A stretch of DNA of 64,000 bases, from assembly GCF_000150275.1 (NCBI RefSeq), contig NW_002060961.1, positions 1,010,600 through 1,074,599 of the forward strand. Reading direction: 5' to 3'. The DNA is from Trichoplax adhaerens (Eukaryota > Animalia > Placozoa). Of the stretch, positions 63,036 to 64,000 are shown one piece after another. The number at the start of each line of letters is the position of its first letter. Position 1 is the first letter of the stretch. A model generated the notes under the pieces. That model saw only the letters and a program-made list of their open reading frames with translations, ran no database searches and was not told the DNA's origin. A program made the position numbers and the translations under genes.

Positions 63036-63772
63036 ATGGAGTTCCCTCAATTAGGCCAAAATTGCTCCAATCCTCAATGCTCAAGATTAGGTAGATGGCC
63101 ACCATTGACATCAGTGATAGTACAAGTAGAGTAGAGAGTACTGATACCTATTTTTCAAATGCAGTTGCTACTTGCTTGCTACAATCTTACTGTCAGGGAT
63201 GATGTTGATGACATTGTTTTGCGGATAGGATAGGGATGGCATGATCAATGAATAGGCTCAATTTGCTTTGCAGTTGCTAATCGATCTTATTAGAGAGGGG
63301 AAAGATGTGGGAAATGCCACAATTTGTACTAGACTCATTCTATTAGTAAATAAAAGCTGGAGTCAGCATGCTGTAGTTGAAGAATATCCCATCTCATAAA
63401 TCGCCATGACGCCAGTTGATCGTCTTGCCCTAGTACGACTTACCTTCCATTCGATGTGCTGTAAAATGGTGTGTAGAAAGTGCTACTGACGTAGCCTATC
63501 TTCCAGTCTACTATCATGTATCCATCTTGATGTAAAATATCCTGCATTTTCATCAACATTATTGACATTGCATAAGCAATTGCAACTGGTATACTCTATA
63601 CAAGCTTTTGATCAACGCATCTTAACTGCTAGTTCATACGCCAAATGGTAATCATGCTTCATTGATTTATTGCTTAGACTTTCTACCGGTAAAGTGTAAT
63701 GCCTGTCATAAGATATTTTGCAACGACCATTACCTTTATACGTCGCATAATTGCCCATTAGCCTATACCAAG
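63036..63772 (+). CDS. ZFAND2B: AN1-type zinc finger protein 2 (AIRAP/AIRAPL family), 5' part; continues beyond the window
   Basis: Exon 63036-63090 (MEFPQLGQNCSNPQCSRL) splices to 63678-63772 (DFLPVKCNACHKIFCNDHYLYTSHNCPLAYTK), the ZFAND2A/B N-terminal AN1 finger. A versus B cannot be resolved. Confidence 0.9.
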
Positions 63773-64000
63773 GTAATACTTCATCATCAACTGATTATTA
63801 TGTTAAAATGGATAATTTGATGCAGTAATTGATAATATCATTCTCCTTCTGTAACCTGCTTATATCCCTCAAAGCCATCTTTACTTGCTTGCATGCATAC
63901 AAGTCGTTTCTTGATAGCAGGCCAATCTAGATCGATTACCAATTTCTAAATCTAGTGACAAGAATGGATACTTATCGGAAATAATTGATAGTCCAACATT

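Noticed and set aside
63440-63950. Short open frames with splice-like ends on the minus strand
   Set aside because: Phases are inconsistent, and the region is explained by ZFAND2 exon 2 and its introns on +.

Overview
AT-rich, compact, intron-containing animal DNA. The 42-aa TPR arrays, Roco genes, short introns and human-like intron positions suggest a placozoan such as Trichoplax; that is an inference, not shown by the sequence. Eleven spliced or single-exon genes were read by hand across splice sites. In order: SMC6 (5' part, -), a JmjC/cupin-8 dioxygenase (+), ZNHIT6/BCD1 (-), POLR2F/RPB6 (-), a DUF4062-NACHT protein ending in a Cys-rich domain with PHF5/Rds3-like ligand spacing (+), TRAPPC10 (-, with an AT-AC U12-type intron), two tandem TPR-Roc-COR-(Zn)-Death Roco paralogues (+; the second has degenerate GTPase motifs), intronless GH99 endomannosidase MANEA (+), eIF1A (-) and the 5' part of ZFAND2/AIRAP (+). 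Many introns and intergenic spacers hold local tandem duplications of 47-316 bp. (TACAG/ACTGT)n clusters sit upstream of several housekeeping genes. There is a 50-N assembly gap at 38103-38152. The best candidates for an undescribed system are the intact/pseudo-GTPase Roco pair and the DUF4062-NACHT-PHF5-like protein. Homology calls are from recalled family motifs, not from database searches.
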